Shown in pieces: positions 12,820-25,617 of a stretch of 64,000 nt of DNA. The stretch comes from the human T2T-CHM13v2.0 reference genome, Homo sapiens. Location: the NCBI RefSeq assembly GCF_009914755.1, contig NC_060940.1, one strand, 5' to 3'. The notes below the pieces were generated by a model that saw nothing but the letters and a program-made list of their open reading frames with translations, searched no databases and was not told the DNA's origin. Position numbers and translations under genes: made by a program. Numbering within the stretch: the stretch's first letter is position 1; the number at the start of each line of letters is the position of its first letter.

Positions 12820-13390
12820 CTTAGATTATCAGCAGCATTTATATAGTTGATCACTCATCCCTCTCTCCAACAGCTGCCTTACTTCACTTTCCAAGAACAT
12901 CTATTATTTGTATGACTAATCCACACCATTGGTCACTCTTCATCCTTGCATGCTGTTTACACCTCATTTTCCAGGTCCTTCAGTCCTTGTCATGCTGGTT
13001 ACACCCCATTTTCCAGGTCCTTTAGTCCTTCTTTATGTATTTGTATTACTAGGTAACCTTAAACATTCTCATGATTTTAGACACCCTCTATGCTGGTGAC
13101 TACAAATTGCACATTTTTAGCCCAGAGCTTTCTCTTGAACTCCAGATTTTTCTATTGAAGTACCATTTGGGAATATCATAGGCATCTCAGTCTTAATACA
13201 TCCAAATCAAATTTCAGATGTCCTAAATCATCCTAACTTGTTTCTCCCAATGTTTCTCCATCTGAGTAAATGGCTGCTTTGTCTTTCCAAGCCAAAATCT
13301 ATATTCACTCTTGCTCCTTTCTTTCACTTATACTTTGCATATAATTTAAAAGAAAGTATGTCCAGAATCCAGCTACCTCTCATCAATCCC
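12820..13390 (+). mobile_element. L2 fragment
   Basis: ctctatgctggtgactacaaattgcacatttttagcccagagctttctcttgaactccag...ataggcatctcagtcttaatacatccaaa. Confidence 0.7.
12949..13030. repeat. 42-bp tandem duplication
   Basis: catgctgtttacacctcattttccaggtccttcagtcctt(gt) vs catgctggttacaccccattttccaggtcctttagtcctt. Confidence 0.9.
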
Positions 13391-13611
13391 ATTTAGGACT
13401 GTTAGGTTTTGCAAATAGTTGCAGAAGACATATTTATGCTAAGCATTTATTAATCTTACGGGTTCTTTTGAGATCTCCCCATAGTGGTCCACCTTTCACC
13501 AGTTTATTCCCTTTTCTATTTGTAATTTATTGTACATCTGGGGCCATGTTAACTGACAAGGGAAACTGATTATATCATCCCCTTACTAATACACTACTTG
13601 TGTAATACCTA

Positions 13612-14135
13612 TATTAGTCACTTACTTCTTTACTTGGAAGTGACAGGCAGCACAATTCAAATATGATTCAGGACTAAATGGAATTTACTGGCTCATGGAA
13701 CAGATTTACAAAAGGTGGCTGGCTTCAGGTATAATTTATATCTAATAATTTAATAATATCAGTAAGTGTTCTCTTTTTCAACCCCATCCTTTTTACCGCC
13801 TCTGTCTTTCAGCATTTCATCTCTGATGATCTCTTTTTGACTTCATTCTTAGATTTTTTTCACATGAGGTCATTACAGCTACTTGCAGACAAGCCTACAT
13901 TACTCTTAACAATTCCACAGAAGAAAGCATTTTTGTAAGGGCTCCATCAAAAAAATGGGTCACATGGTCACTCAGAAACTAATCGCTGTGGCCATGGATC
14001 TGGAACACTCTGAGTCTGGCTTAAGTCACCCTCAGGGACTGGGAAGAGCCAGCCCCTACCCTTATGACTTGGGAAACATAATTATTGAATGGGGGAGCAT
14101 GATTCCAAAAGGAGATCCCAGAAAAACGAATACAA
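13612..14135 (-). mobile_element. Old MLT1 LTR
   Basis: ttggaagtgacaggcagcacaattcaaa...ggaatttactggctcatggaac...gggtcacatggtcactcagaaactaatcgctgtggcca resembles antisense MLT1. Confidence 0.55.
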
Positions 14136-14139
14136 TGTT

Positions 14140-14670
14140 TTTCATGATTCCTTGTTGCCTGTATGATAGATTCCAAATGCCCCAGCTTAGTGCTTAAGGA
14201 CTTGTACAGTCTGTCCCCAAACCATCCCCCTCCAGCCTCTTCTCTGGCAACTACTTCCTACTCAATGCTCCCGCTACACTGATTTTTCATCGTTCCCTAC
14301 ACAGTTTCTGCTGTAATTTGTACTTGTAATATCTTCCCTACACCAATCCTTTCTTTCTATGCACAGTATTACTCATGCTTAATGCTTTAAGACCTGGCTG
14401 AAATACAACTTTTGTGATTCCCTTAATGCTTTAAGACCTGGCTGAAATCTACCTTTCCTGATTCCCTGGCTGAATTGGTTGTCCCATCCTCTGCATTTTA
14501 AATGTTCTACAGTGCCACTTAAGATCATGCAATGCCACTTCTCTGAACCATTGTTTTCCACTAGACTGTGAGCTCCTTGGAGGTAGGAATGTCTCATTCA
14601 TCTCTGTCTCCCTGATGCCTGGTGCTGGGATTGATACAGGAATTATTGAACAAAGGGATGAATGAAAGGT
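14140..14670 (+). mobile_element. L2 3' end
   Basis: ccactagactgtgagctccttggaggtaggaatgtctcattcatctctgtctcc...gaatgaa. Confidence 0.7.
14378..14465. repeat. 44-bp tandem duplication
   Basis: cttaatgctttaagacctggctgaaat is identical at 14378 and 14422; the remaining 17 bp are diverged. Confidence 0.9.
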
Positions 14671-15129
14671 TTACCAATCAAGTAAATACATTATTTAATG
14701 AAGAGAGCACCAGGCAGAGTCTTCAATCTTCATTTAAGCCCCGCTTCCCACCTCTTTATCTAGCTTTCCCAGTTGTGGCCTCTTTATCCACTGAGCTTAC
14801 TGATCTCTTATAAAGAGGTAATATGACCAATAAATGAAAGAGAAGAGCTGCTCACATTTCTGAAGAATGAGAAACTTCAGACTTTCACTGTATATTTTGC
14901 GAGACTATGGTGGGCATCTGACTTTTCATCTGAAAACCTCATTAAAGACCTCAAGAGGTAAGATAAACAGTCTGGGAAAGACAGTTTTTGTCTCTTTCTA
15001 CAACTCTTTGGAGATTCCACAACCTCATTTGATGCTCCTTTTAGCATTTTATCATCAAGAGTAAGAACTCCTTTATGTCTGACTAAATGCCATCAGTGTG
15101 TAGAACTTTATCTTCAGGTGGGTTTCTTG

Positions 15130-15700
15130 AACACTTAACAAATGTTAGGTGCCCTTCCCTCTACCTGAAGTGCTCTCTGCCAGATATACCTGTGACTTAT
15201 TGCCTCACCCTGTCGAGTTCCTGTTCAAATCTTCCCGTCTCAGAAAGGCCTTCCCCGTTGACTCCATTTAACATCACGACCCTTCCACCCTGGTCCTCTA
15301 TTCCTTTAGCCTGGAGTATTTTTGTTCATAGCACTTCTCAGTCCCTGTTGTTATAACACAGCATACATTGCCTTTATGTGTTCAATTGCTTGCTACCTAG
15401 CCAGGCATAGTGGCGCACACCTGTAGCCCTAGATACTCGAGAGGCTGAGGTGGGAAGATCACTTGAGCCCAAGAGTTTGAGGTCACAGTGAGATATGATC
15501 ATGCCACTGCACTGCAGTGTGGGTGACAGAGCCAGACCCTGTTTCAAAAAAAAAAATTGCTGTGTCTCTTCCACTAGAACATAAGCCATAGGAGGCCAGG
15601 GACCCACTGGCTCTTGTGTATCACTCTATTCTGGGCTCCTAGAGTAGTGCTTGGCCTAAAGTAAGCACTCCATAGATATTAGCCAGGTGAATGAAGAATA
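15130..15700 (+). mobile_element. L2 3' end interrupted by an Alu monomer
   Basis: ccactagaacataagccataggaggccaggga...agagtagtgcttggcctaaagtaagcactc...gaatgaa. Confidence 0.65.
15398..15555 (+). mobile_element. FRAM / AluJ right monomer
   Basis: Single right arm with poly(A); short AATTGCT repeat on both sides. Confidence 0.85.
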
Positions 15701-15714
15701 TCACACACTGCGTG

Positions 15715-15875
15715 GATGATTGAACTCTATTTTACCCAACAACTCTATGAGGTAGGCTGTAATGTCATTCCATTTTACAGGTGAGGAAACTGCGAACCAC
15801 ATGAGTTAAGACGTCACCTTAAGGTTACGTAACTAAGATGTGGCAGAGTCAAGACTGCATCCCAAGGTCTAGTTG
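15715..15875 (-). mobile_element. MIR
   Basis: ccattttacaggtgaggaaactg core. Confidence 0.75.
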
Positions 15876-17059
15876 AGCATTTCTCCCTTTGGGGCTTCTC
15901 TGGGCTTCACTAGGTAAGCAGAGATGGGATTTTACATCCATCTCAAGTGCATAGTGGGACAGTTGCCCATTATGCTAGCCAGCCACTCTCTGTCACCACG
16001 GAGGAAAGAGATTTACTGAGCTATTGCTGGACTGACACAGATGAGCTATGATACTGACTTAACTTTGCAGCCTGAAGCTTATAAATCGTTTTTCAATCCA
16101 TGATGTCATTTGACTCTGATTTAGGTTATGAACCCCATTCTGCAGAACAGAGAGTTAAGTCATCTGTCTCAAGAAGTTTTCCAACCCAGCCTGGTTTCCT
16201 TTTGCCCCCTTTCTCCCAGGTGGGGAACAACATATAGCCAAGTGGGGAGTGTGCAGGAACAATGGGGACTTAGAGCCAGTAGCTTCTGCCATCCAGACGG
16301 CACAGGCTATTGGCCATTTTTGCCCAATGGAATTTCTTGAAAGTACTTAACTTACTCAACCTTCTTGATAAAGCCCATTCCATTTGTAGAATTCCATCTC
16401 TTCCTTTAAAACAGTCATTACATCAGTATATTGCATTCAAACGGAGAGGCAATTTCTCATGGACGGCCAGCATTGCTAATGATGACCTTGGGAAGAGGCC
16501 CCCAGATGACATTATTCTAGCTAATGCTCCCTGGATCCTTGCTCTTACCAAGTGCTTGGTGGCCAGAGAGTGAACATCACCCAGAGGGAAATGACTACAT
16601 CTTATCAGAGATGGCTTTATTAGACCATGGGAGAATGGCCCAAATAATCTGTTACCCAGGAAGATTACTAGAGTGTACCAGACTGTGAAACAATTAATTC
16701 CAATAATTTCAAAAATTGAAGTTAAGAAATACAAGGGATATTGGGGATACATTTTGGGTTGGGCAGTCCAAACATTTGTATGGTACATAATGGTAGTCCT
16801 CAGACCAAATTCACCTTGCAGAACTATTGTGTCTGGCCTGCACCATTCTGTTGTTTATCTACTGAGTTGCTTGTAGGGAGGGTGCAGGCCACCACTTTAC
16901 CCCAGTCCCCACAAGCTCTTAGACTCTTACACCAACCTGCTTTACAATATGTATCTGCCCCTAAAGGGTTCATGATTTAATAATATAGATAGGGAGTTTT
17001 GATGAAGCAAAAGAATGAGTTTTCTAGGTTTATAATTCATAGAATTAAAAATAGAACTA

Positions 17060-17231
<172 letters not shown>

Positions 17232-17410
17232 TAGAACTGGCATTCAATCCAGCTATCCCACTACTGGGTATCTACCCAAAGGAAAATAAATCATTATATA
17301 TAAAAGATGCCTGCATTCGTATGTGTATTGCAGCACTATTCACAATAACAAAGAGATGGAATTAACCTAAGGGTTCATCCACAGATAATTGGATACAGAA
17401 AATGTGGTGT

Positions 17411-17620
17411 GTTTGTGTGTGTGTGTGTACATACAATATATTGTATGTATACACAATATATACATATATACACAATATATTGTGTATGTATACACAATAT
17501 ATTGTGTATGTATACACAATATATACATATATACACAATATATTATGTATGTATACACTATATATACATATATACACAATATATTGTGTATGTACACACT
17601 ATATATACACATACACATAG
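17411..17620. repeat. (TG)n plus palindromic TA-rich minisatellite
   Basis: Repeated atacacaatatattgtgtat (perfect 20-bp palindrome) and atacacaatatatacat units. Confidence 0.9.
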
Positions 17621-17805
17621 AGTGTGAAATAATGGACACTGGAGATACAGAAAGATGGCGGAGTGGGAGAGGTGAGGGATGAGAAATTGCTTAATGGGTA
17701 GAATGTACAATGTTTGGGTAATGGTACACTACAAGCCCAGACCTTACCACTATGCAATATATCCATGTGATAAAACTGCCCTTGTACCCCTTAAATTTAT
17801 ACAAA

Positions 17806-18260
17806 TTTTATATATACATATACATAAAATTTATATATTATATATACATATACATAAAATTTATATATTATATATACATATACATAAAATTTATATATTA
17901 TATATACATATACATAAAATTTATATATTATATATAGCAACATATACTATTATGATATAATATATAAATATATAATACATAAATTTATATATTACATATG
18001 TATTATATATTACTATATAATATAGTAATATATGATATAAATGTAATATATAATATAAAGTAATATGTAAATAAATATGTAAACATTTATATAATATATA
18101 AATTTATAATTTAAATTTATAATATATAAATATATAATACATAAATTTATATATTATATATAGTAATATATAATTACAAATATAAAATATAAATGTACAT
18201 TTATATATAAATATAAAAATTTGTAAATATTATATTTTTATATATTTTTGTATTTATAAA
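17806..18260. repeat. AT-rich repeat beginning with a perfect 30-bp x4 tandem array
   Basis: (tatatacatatacataaaatttatatatta)x4 at 17811-17930, then degenerate AT-only sequence. Confidence 0.93.
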
Positions 18261-18363
18261 AAGAAACAATAATATCCAGAATTTCGGTAGCGTCTTTCAA
18301 TTTTCTTTCCAGGGTATATTCTCCCTTGCTTTCTTATTGGCTGCTGACAGTATCCCCATAAGA

Positions 18364-18550
18364 CATTGGTTCTCAAACTCTAGCATGCATAAGAACTACC
18401 TGAAAATGCATTACAACACAAATATCTGCTCCATAACCCTAGAGATTCTCTTTTAATAGTTTTGAGACAAGGGTTGAAATTCTGCACCTCTAAAAGCTTT
18501 CTAGAATGCAGATGCTGCTGGTTCACAAATCACAACTTTAGTAACAAGCA
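18364..18550. mobile_element. MER5A-like hAT MITE
   Basis: cattggttctcaaactctagcatgcataagaactacctg...gatgctgctggttc. Confidence 0.7.
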
Positions 18551-19584
18551 GGGGAAAGATTATCATGCCCATTTCATAGATGCAGACACTGGTTATCATC
18601 TATAGAAGGATTGTAAAAGACACTGAGAGCCTCTGTACAGCAAACAAGAGCAACTCATTTCTCTATGGTGATGAATAGAGGGCCCCAGAAAGGGCCATTT
18701 GAGCTTGAGTAAAACTTCAGCAAAATGTTTGGTAAATTCATTTCTATTACTCAATTTCTCCTGTACCTCTGGGCTAGCTGGGTGGGGAGAGCGAGAGGTG
18801 AGCTAATGCGTTGTAATGAGTATTTCTATAAGCTCATTAAGGAAAGACGTATCGGGGCTAATGAGAACACAATTTTTTTCTCTACTCCCACTGCTAAGGT
18901 TAAGAGAGCCCAAGGTGAGAGCTAAGCCATCCCCAAGCTGCCTTTCTACAGCTTTCCCTTGATGTTGATTAAGGATAATTTATTGCAGATTCAATCTGAA
19001 GATTGAGACTTGGAGTGGGGGTGATGGTGGTGAAGGGAAAGAAGAAAGGGAAAGGCCTACATTCCATTCGGTGAGACTGCATAAGCAAACAATTTTTTTT
19101 CAAAATTATTTACCTCTTTATGAGACCCATGTTTACCTCCATTTTGGGCAAGTGATTTCACAGCACGTTGTATTGTGGTGCCTGATAAAACCATGGAAAA
19201 AAATTTTATCCATAAAATTAGGAAGTAGTGAGCTATAAAATTGCTAATTATTTTCTAGTAAATTTACTTTTAAATAACTTTAGGCATCAATTACAGGCAC
19301 CATTAGGCACCATTAAGCACTGGGTGTGTTTACCAAACAAGGGCAGTGCATTGCTGATTCTTGTTCCATCTGTGTGGCCTCATCATTCAAGTTCAGCCCT
19401 CACCCACAACCCTCTCCCCAGACCCTCCTGACAGACACAGCATTAGTACCAAGAGCCAAAAATAATGGCAGAGTGTTTCCATTTTAAGTGTCATGTCCCA
19501 GTCAAGCCCCAGGTGTCTTAGATGAAGGTTAGTTTAGGAGGAGATTTTAATTCTAATTGTCAGTTCAAGATGTGTTTCCTTGCC

Positions 19585-19755
19585 TACTGTTTCGCGACCA
19601 TCGCTACACATGAGAATCACCTGGGAACTTTTTTAAAAAAAAAAAAACCTATATGTCAGGGCCTCATTTCAGACTAATTACATTGGGAGCTTAAATTTTT
19701 CTCTTAAAATGTATTCCAAGTGATCCTAATGTTGCAGCCAAGGATAGCAGCCACA
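19585..19755. mobile_element. MER5A-like hAT MITE
   Basis: gagaatcacctgggaacttttttaaa...ccaagtgatcctaatgttgcagccaagg. Confidence 0.6.
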
Positions 19756-20129
19756 TCTGCAGCCATCCCCAGCTGCAGACTCAGGCCTCCCAGATCAGAG
19801 AGGTAGGAGGAGCACACTGACTTCCTCCTGTCTCCTATGCCTGTCATTGAGTGGAGTTAGGAATAAGTAGCAAGCCAGAGCCACGATGCCTTGGATCAGC
19901 ATTAACCATAGGATTTTCTCTGGTGGGTCTCTACCTGCCCATTAGACACATGGCTCTGGGGTCTTTATAACTGCTCATTTACAGCACTCATTTCATGATA
20001 CAATTGGCCATGCTGTGGGTTCAGCCAGGCCCGGCTTCTGCACCCAGAAACCATAGGCAAACTGCACATTCCTCACCTGTCAAACAGGGACAAGGGGCTG
20101 GTGTGAGGTTGGCATGCCTCAGCTCTGAC

Positions 20130-20375
20130 GCAGAGGTTAGAATACACACTCTGATGTGAAACCTCCGGGCTCTCAGCCTGACTCTGCCACTTAGGAGCCA
20201 TATCATGTAACTTCACTGTGCCTCAGTTTCTCATTGCATCTGAGTTGCTTCATAAGATTATTGGGAGGATTAAGTGAATAAATATAATTAAAGGTGCCTA
20301 CAACACTGGAGAGGCTCCATCAGTGATAGCTTTCATGTTTAGCACAGAGCACAGTGTCTGATCCACACAGTAGGT
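20130..20375 (+). mobile_element. MIR
   Basis: ctgtgcctcagtttctcattg...gaggattaagtgaataaat. Confidence 0.7.
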
Positions 20376-20418
20376 ATGTTCCTCTCTACTTTTGTGTTTC
20401 CATAAAAATGAAAGCTTT

Positions 20419-20707
20419 GGCCGGGCATAGTGGCTCATGCCTGTAATCCCAGCACTTCGGGAGGCCAAGGCGGGTAGATCACCTGAGGTCAGGAGTTTGA
20501 GACCAGCCTGGCCAACATGGTGAAACCCTGTCTCTACTAAAAATACAAAATTAGCCGGGCATGGTGGCGTGTGCCTGTAATCCCAACTATGGGAGGCCAA
20601 GACAGGAGAATTGCTTAGAACCCAGGAGACAGAGGTTGCAGTGAGCGAAGATTGCACCGTTGCACTCCAGCCTGGTTGACAGAGTGAGACTCTGTCTCAA
20701 AAAGAAA
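20419..20707 (+). mobile_element. AluSx-like element
   Basis: Full dimer; TSD GAAAGCTTT. Confidence 0.93.
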
Positions 20708-22690
20708 GCTTTTGTCAATATTTCTAACCTTTTAAGAAAACATGAAAAGGGAGCTTCCATTTGTCTATTTTGTTTTTCCCCAAGTGAGATGGGGTAGCCA
20801 AGAAATTGATGAGAACCTGCTGTACTATCTATTGGGCAGCATTTGCTGGTGGATGTGGACACTGTTCATGTATACCATGGTCTCTAGCTCTTCTGGGCCA
20901 GTCTGTTCTTAGAAGAACTGAAGGTGGAGATATCAACTGTGTTCTGGCTTCTTTCCATTCATTTTTGGGTCAACTCTGGGGCTGCTCTACAGAACAACAT
21001 GGCCCCAAAAGCATAGTGGGTAGAATTGGAAACCGCCTTTCTAGAGTCAGTTCCAAACCATGCTCTTCAGGTGGCCTTCTTCTGTGAGGGAAGGGGTCAA
21101 GGAGAGGGTTTGAGTATTATAAAGTTGATGGTTAAGTTCCCATTTGGCTAACACTTCCTTTCTTTCTTCCCTTTATATCCAGTCAGATCCTGGAGCAATG
21201 TAAAAATGGGTCTTAGGTACCAGAATCCATCATTGCAAATTGGTTTCATTCTCCTCTCTACTTGACTCAGTCCACAGGATGAAACTTCATTATAGGTGCT
21301 CCCAGTTAGGACTGATCAATTTCCCTTCCCAATACACCAGTCCTCTGTTCTTGCATCAGAGCCCACGTGTTCATGCATAAGGCATTTGCCATGCATAGGG
21401 CATTTGCCTAGTATGGTGTCATTTACAAAAACCCAACTCACATCATTTTCCCGATGGATGGGACTGTATGGAGTGGTAGACTTGGAGAGGGGTGGACGTA
21501 TGCTTACTGTGCCTCTGACCCCCACTGTGTTTGATTATTACTTGGCTTCCATTGTGCCAGGCCTTAGCTGCTGAATTGGACTTCCCACATCATTCTGGAA
21601 TTAGGACTTAGATGTTCCATCATAGATGCATCATTGCTTGAATCACCCACAATGATCTGTAAGGCCAACCTGTCATCCCTTTTGTCTCTTCACCCAGGCA
21701 CTGCTTTTCTTTTTATCAATTCTTACTGCAGAACCCCAACCATTTGTTAAACATAACTTTTTTTTTTTTTTCTTCAGAAAGAGCATGGAAATTCTGGGCT
21801 GGGCTGGCCTAGCTCTTGGTGCAGGAGAGATATTTGGTTTTAATAATGCAATGAGAGCATGTGAATTCCCAAAGTAACCATAATTTCTAGTTGTAAATGC
21901 CTTGGTTGCGAGCTCTGTGGTGTAAGTGCTTGGGGCCAGCGGGTAGAATGTTGTAGTGAATTTTCCCCAGCAGGGTCTGTATTCCCGGGCAAACAGCTAT
22001 GAAAGGACAGGCAGAGAAGATTAATTGATATTTTTATTATAATATTTTTCTCCCATTAAAATTATGAAATCAATATAATAACAGTATGGGGAGTCTGCAA
22101 AACAGAAAAATGACTCCTCTAAATACCAACCTTTAACACAACCCAAATTTTATTTTTGTACCTTTTCTTTTCCTTCCAGCCCTAATACATATGCAGACTT
22201 TTTTATTTTTACAAAGTCACCATCATCACTTTATTCAATAAACAATTACTGAACGCCTACTATGTGTGTAGCCTTCTGCTGGGAGGTCAAAACCGAGGAA
22301 TATTCAGTCCCTGGCCTTGGCGAGCTCACAATTTAGTAAAGAAAACAGACACAGGCACAGATCATTGCAACACAAAGAGGTGTTGCACTAATAGAGGTTA
22401 ATTCTCATGTTTGAATACAAGTGATGCAGATAATGGCCCAATTCTTCTTAATGTTCCACAATCTATCAAATAGGCCTGATGATTTTAGGACCTCAGGACA
22501 ACATGGTATAATGCAAAGGACTCGAACTGGATCCATTTGTCACAATTCTGTAACCGGAGGCATTGGTTGGGGGAAGGGGTAGGCATAGTGCTTTGATAGA
22601 ATGGAATTCATTGCTAATGTTTCTTTTAAAAAAATCAGGCGGCTTCATGTGAAAATCCAGGTTCCCGGCTCCTCTTGAAAAGTAGGTCAG

Positions 22691-23031
22691 GGCCAGGCAC
22701 AGCGGTTCACACCTATAATCCCTGCACTGTGGGTGGCTGAGAAGGGAAGATTGCTTGAGGCCAGGAGTTCAAGATTAGCCTGGCAAAATAGCAAGACCCT
22801 ATCTCTACAAAAATAAATAAAATAAAACAAAACAAAACATAAATTAGCTGGGGTGGTGACACATGCCTGTAGTCTCAGCTACTCAGGAAGCTGAGACACG
22901 AGGATTGCTTAAGCCCAGGAACTCAAGGCTGTGGTGAGCAGTGTTTGCACCACTGCACTCCAGCCTGGGCAACAGAGTGAAACCCTGTCTCTAAAAATAA
23001 AAATTAAATTAAATTTAAAAATAAATAAAAA
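22691..23031 (+). mobile_element. AluJ element inside a MER103-like fragment
   Basis: AluJ diagnostics (gattgcttgaggccagg); degenerate TSD aaaagtaggtcag / aaaaggtagatcag. Confidence 0.88.
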
Positions 23032-23289
23032 GGTAGATCAGTCCTCATTGGCTCTGCCTTCTCTTTTGGGGACAACAGAGGTGAGCAGGAGGATGAAGCA
23101 AGCACATCTGTGCCAGTTCAGATGAGGCAGGCACATCTGTGTCCCAGTCCCTTCTGACCACACTGCTCATAACATTACTTGCTTGGCCCATGCAGGCAAC
23201 TGAGTCTCTGACTATGGGTTTTCCTGTGTTTCTTGTATTAGAAAGCCAAACTCTTTGCAATGGTTCCCATGACTAATGGTTTTCACAAC

Positions 23290-23735
23290 TTGTCCTCCTG
23301 TCTGACGTCCTCTCCTTCCACTCTTTTACAGTCTCAGTTCTCTTTGCTTTCCTGATACGGACATCCTTGCTGTCCCCAGACATGCCAGTCTGTTTCTGCC
23401 TCAGTGTTCCCACTCTCTTCCCTCTGTCTGGAATGTTCTTCTCCCAGATAGCTGCAGCCTCATTCCTTTACCGCCTTTAAAGTTCACCTCCTCATGCATT
23501 TCATACTGTAGCCTCTTTTCTAGCTCTTCAAAGCCTCTTTATTCTGTTTCATGTTTCCCATTTTAACATACCTTTTAACTTTAACATACTATATGTAGAT
23601 TATTTATTTTTTGTGTTTATTGCTAATCATCCATCGCTACCCACCAAAAAGGCAGGGATGGCACCAAATTCCCACTGCCTCGATTACCTGGTGCATAGCA
23701 GGTGCTCAATCTATTTTTGTTGAAGAAATAAATGA
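23290..23735 (+). mobile_element. L2 3' fragment
   Basis: ccctctgtctggaatgttcttctcccagatagc...cctggtgcatagcaggtgctcaatctatttttgttgaa. Confidence 0.65.
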
Positions 23736-23881
23736 CCCTTGATTGGCCTGTTGGACTGTTAGAGTTAGAAAATCTAGTTTCTGAACCAAACTCTGCCTTG
23801 GAAGCCAACTGTCCTTGGAAAGCCACCAAAACACTCTGTTCCTTTATCAGTAAAATTCACTGGAAGCTTAAGAATCATATA

Positions 23882-24351
23882 CACTAGACCCTTGAATAAC
23901 ACAAGGGTTGGGGCAGTGACTCCCTGTGCAGTCAAAAATCCAAGCATAACTTTTGACTTCCCAAAAACATAACTGCCAACATCCTACCATTGACTGGAAG
24001 CGTTACCGATAACATAAACATTGATTAACACATGTCTTGCAATGTTACATGTGTTATATACTGTATCATAAAGCTAGAGAACTAACTTTATCTTACAGTA
24101 AAGTAAGCTAGAAGAAAGAAAATGTTATTAAGAAAATCATAAGGAAGAGAAAATATATTTAGTATTCCTTAAGTGGAAGTGGATCATCATAAAGGTCTTC
24201 ATCCTCATTATCTTCACACTGAGCGGGCTGAGGAGGAGAAGGAAGAAGACAAGGGGTTGGTCTTGCTGTCTCTGGGGTGGCAGAAGTGGGAGAAAGTGTG
24301 CATATAAGTTGACCTGTGCAGTTCAGACCCGTGTTGTTCAAGGGCCAACTG
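23882..24351. mobile_element. Tigger2a/MER28-type TcMar-Tigger non-autonomous DNA transposon
   Basis: TIRs cactagacccttgaataacac / gtgttgttcaagggccaactg flanked by TA dinucleotides. Confidence 0.85.
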
Positions 24352-25617
24352 TATATGTGTATGACCAATGTGCTGGGCCATATCAGTGGTCGGTTATTAC
24401 ATGCTAAGCATATGGACCAGAAGGCATTTGTTGATAGTAGGTGTTTAGAAGTCAGTCTGGTCTCAATGTTTCCCTTAGTGACTAGGGATCCTTGGTAAGT
24501 TACTGAACTTCTCTATGCCTCAGTTTTTTCAATTGTAAAATTATGGCCTACCAGACTGCCTCTTCGTACACTACTTAGGAGCAATAAAGAATATGGTGTG
24601 TGAAGGGTCCATCATAGGCCTAACAATTATTAGATGTGTCTCCTCTTCCCCTTAATACTGAAGATTTTTAGGGGACTTGGATCAGACCCCTGGAACAGAG
24701 CTGTAAGCCTGACCTTTCAAGACCAAGAATCTTTGACCAGTGAAAATTTGAAGAAGAATTCTAGGTGGGGCAGAGGGTAAAGACTTGTGTCTTTGGATGG
24801 GAAGACTCTTAACGTGAGTTATCATTCCCAGGGAGGAGAATTCACAGAGCAACAGCACCATGGGCAGCCTGGAATTTCAGTGGGGTGGTGTGCGATGGTG
24901 GAGAGGGCAGGGAGATGGCGGAGGCTGGTGGTTAGTTCCATTTAAATGAGCCCATTGGGGTGAACTCATAAACCTTCAGTTTTCAATTTCCTCTGGGCCT
25001 CCCACAGCGTTAGCAACAGCAAGAGCACCTAGTTCAACACAGAGGAAAATAATAATGCTTTCTTCCCAGGGGTACTAATGTGTGTGAAAACATCCCCAGT
25101 CCAGTGTCTGGGCGTTGGCCTGGGTACCTAGAATCAGATGGTAACATCACCAATTTGATAGCCTCTTTTTCTTGCACTTAAAGTTTTCAAGGTGTAAACA
25201 TAATCACCATGATGAGAAAAGCCATCACTGCTTAGAGCCTTCGCCAACTCTGAGCATTTTGCTAAGTGCCCTGCACAGGTAACCTCATGCCACAACAGGC
25301 CTAAGAGCTTGGTTCCATTAGGATCACAATTTTGGCCAATTCTGTCAAAATTGATTCAGGTTGGGAGCTGTAAATGGCTAGAAAAGAGGCTGATGAGGTG
25401 GCCCTGGGCTACATTGTGAAGAAATTCATACCCCTCCTGCCCTCTCCTTCCCACCTGGGGAGATGACTGAATGTTTAATCTCCAGGCCTCAGTTTCTCAC
25501 CTTTTCCCCAGTGCATTTGTAAGAATTAGATGTGTCAAGCACAGTGTTTAACCTGAAGAACATTCTCCAGAGAAACCAGGTCTCTTCTCTCAACTTAACC
25601 TTTCTTAAAGCCCATGT

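Noticed and set aside
16128-16980. Cluster of overlapping ORFs in unique sequence; considered a processed pseudogene or ERV/gypsy pol remnant
   Set aside because: No recognisable protein motif, poly(A) tail or TSD. A tblastx/HMM search would be needed to exclude it fully.
17362-17960. Stacked Tyr/Ile/Cys-rich ORFs
   Set aside because: Products of TA-rich minisatellites.
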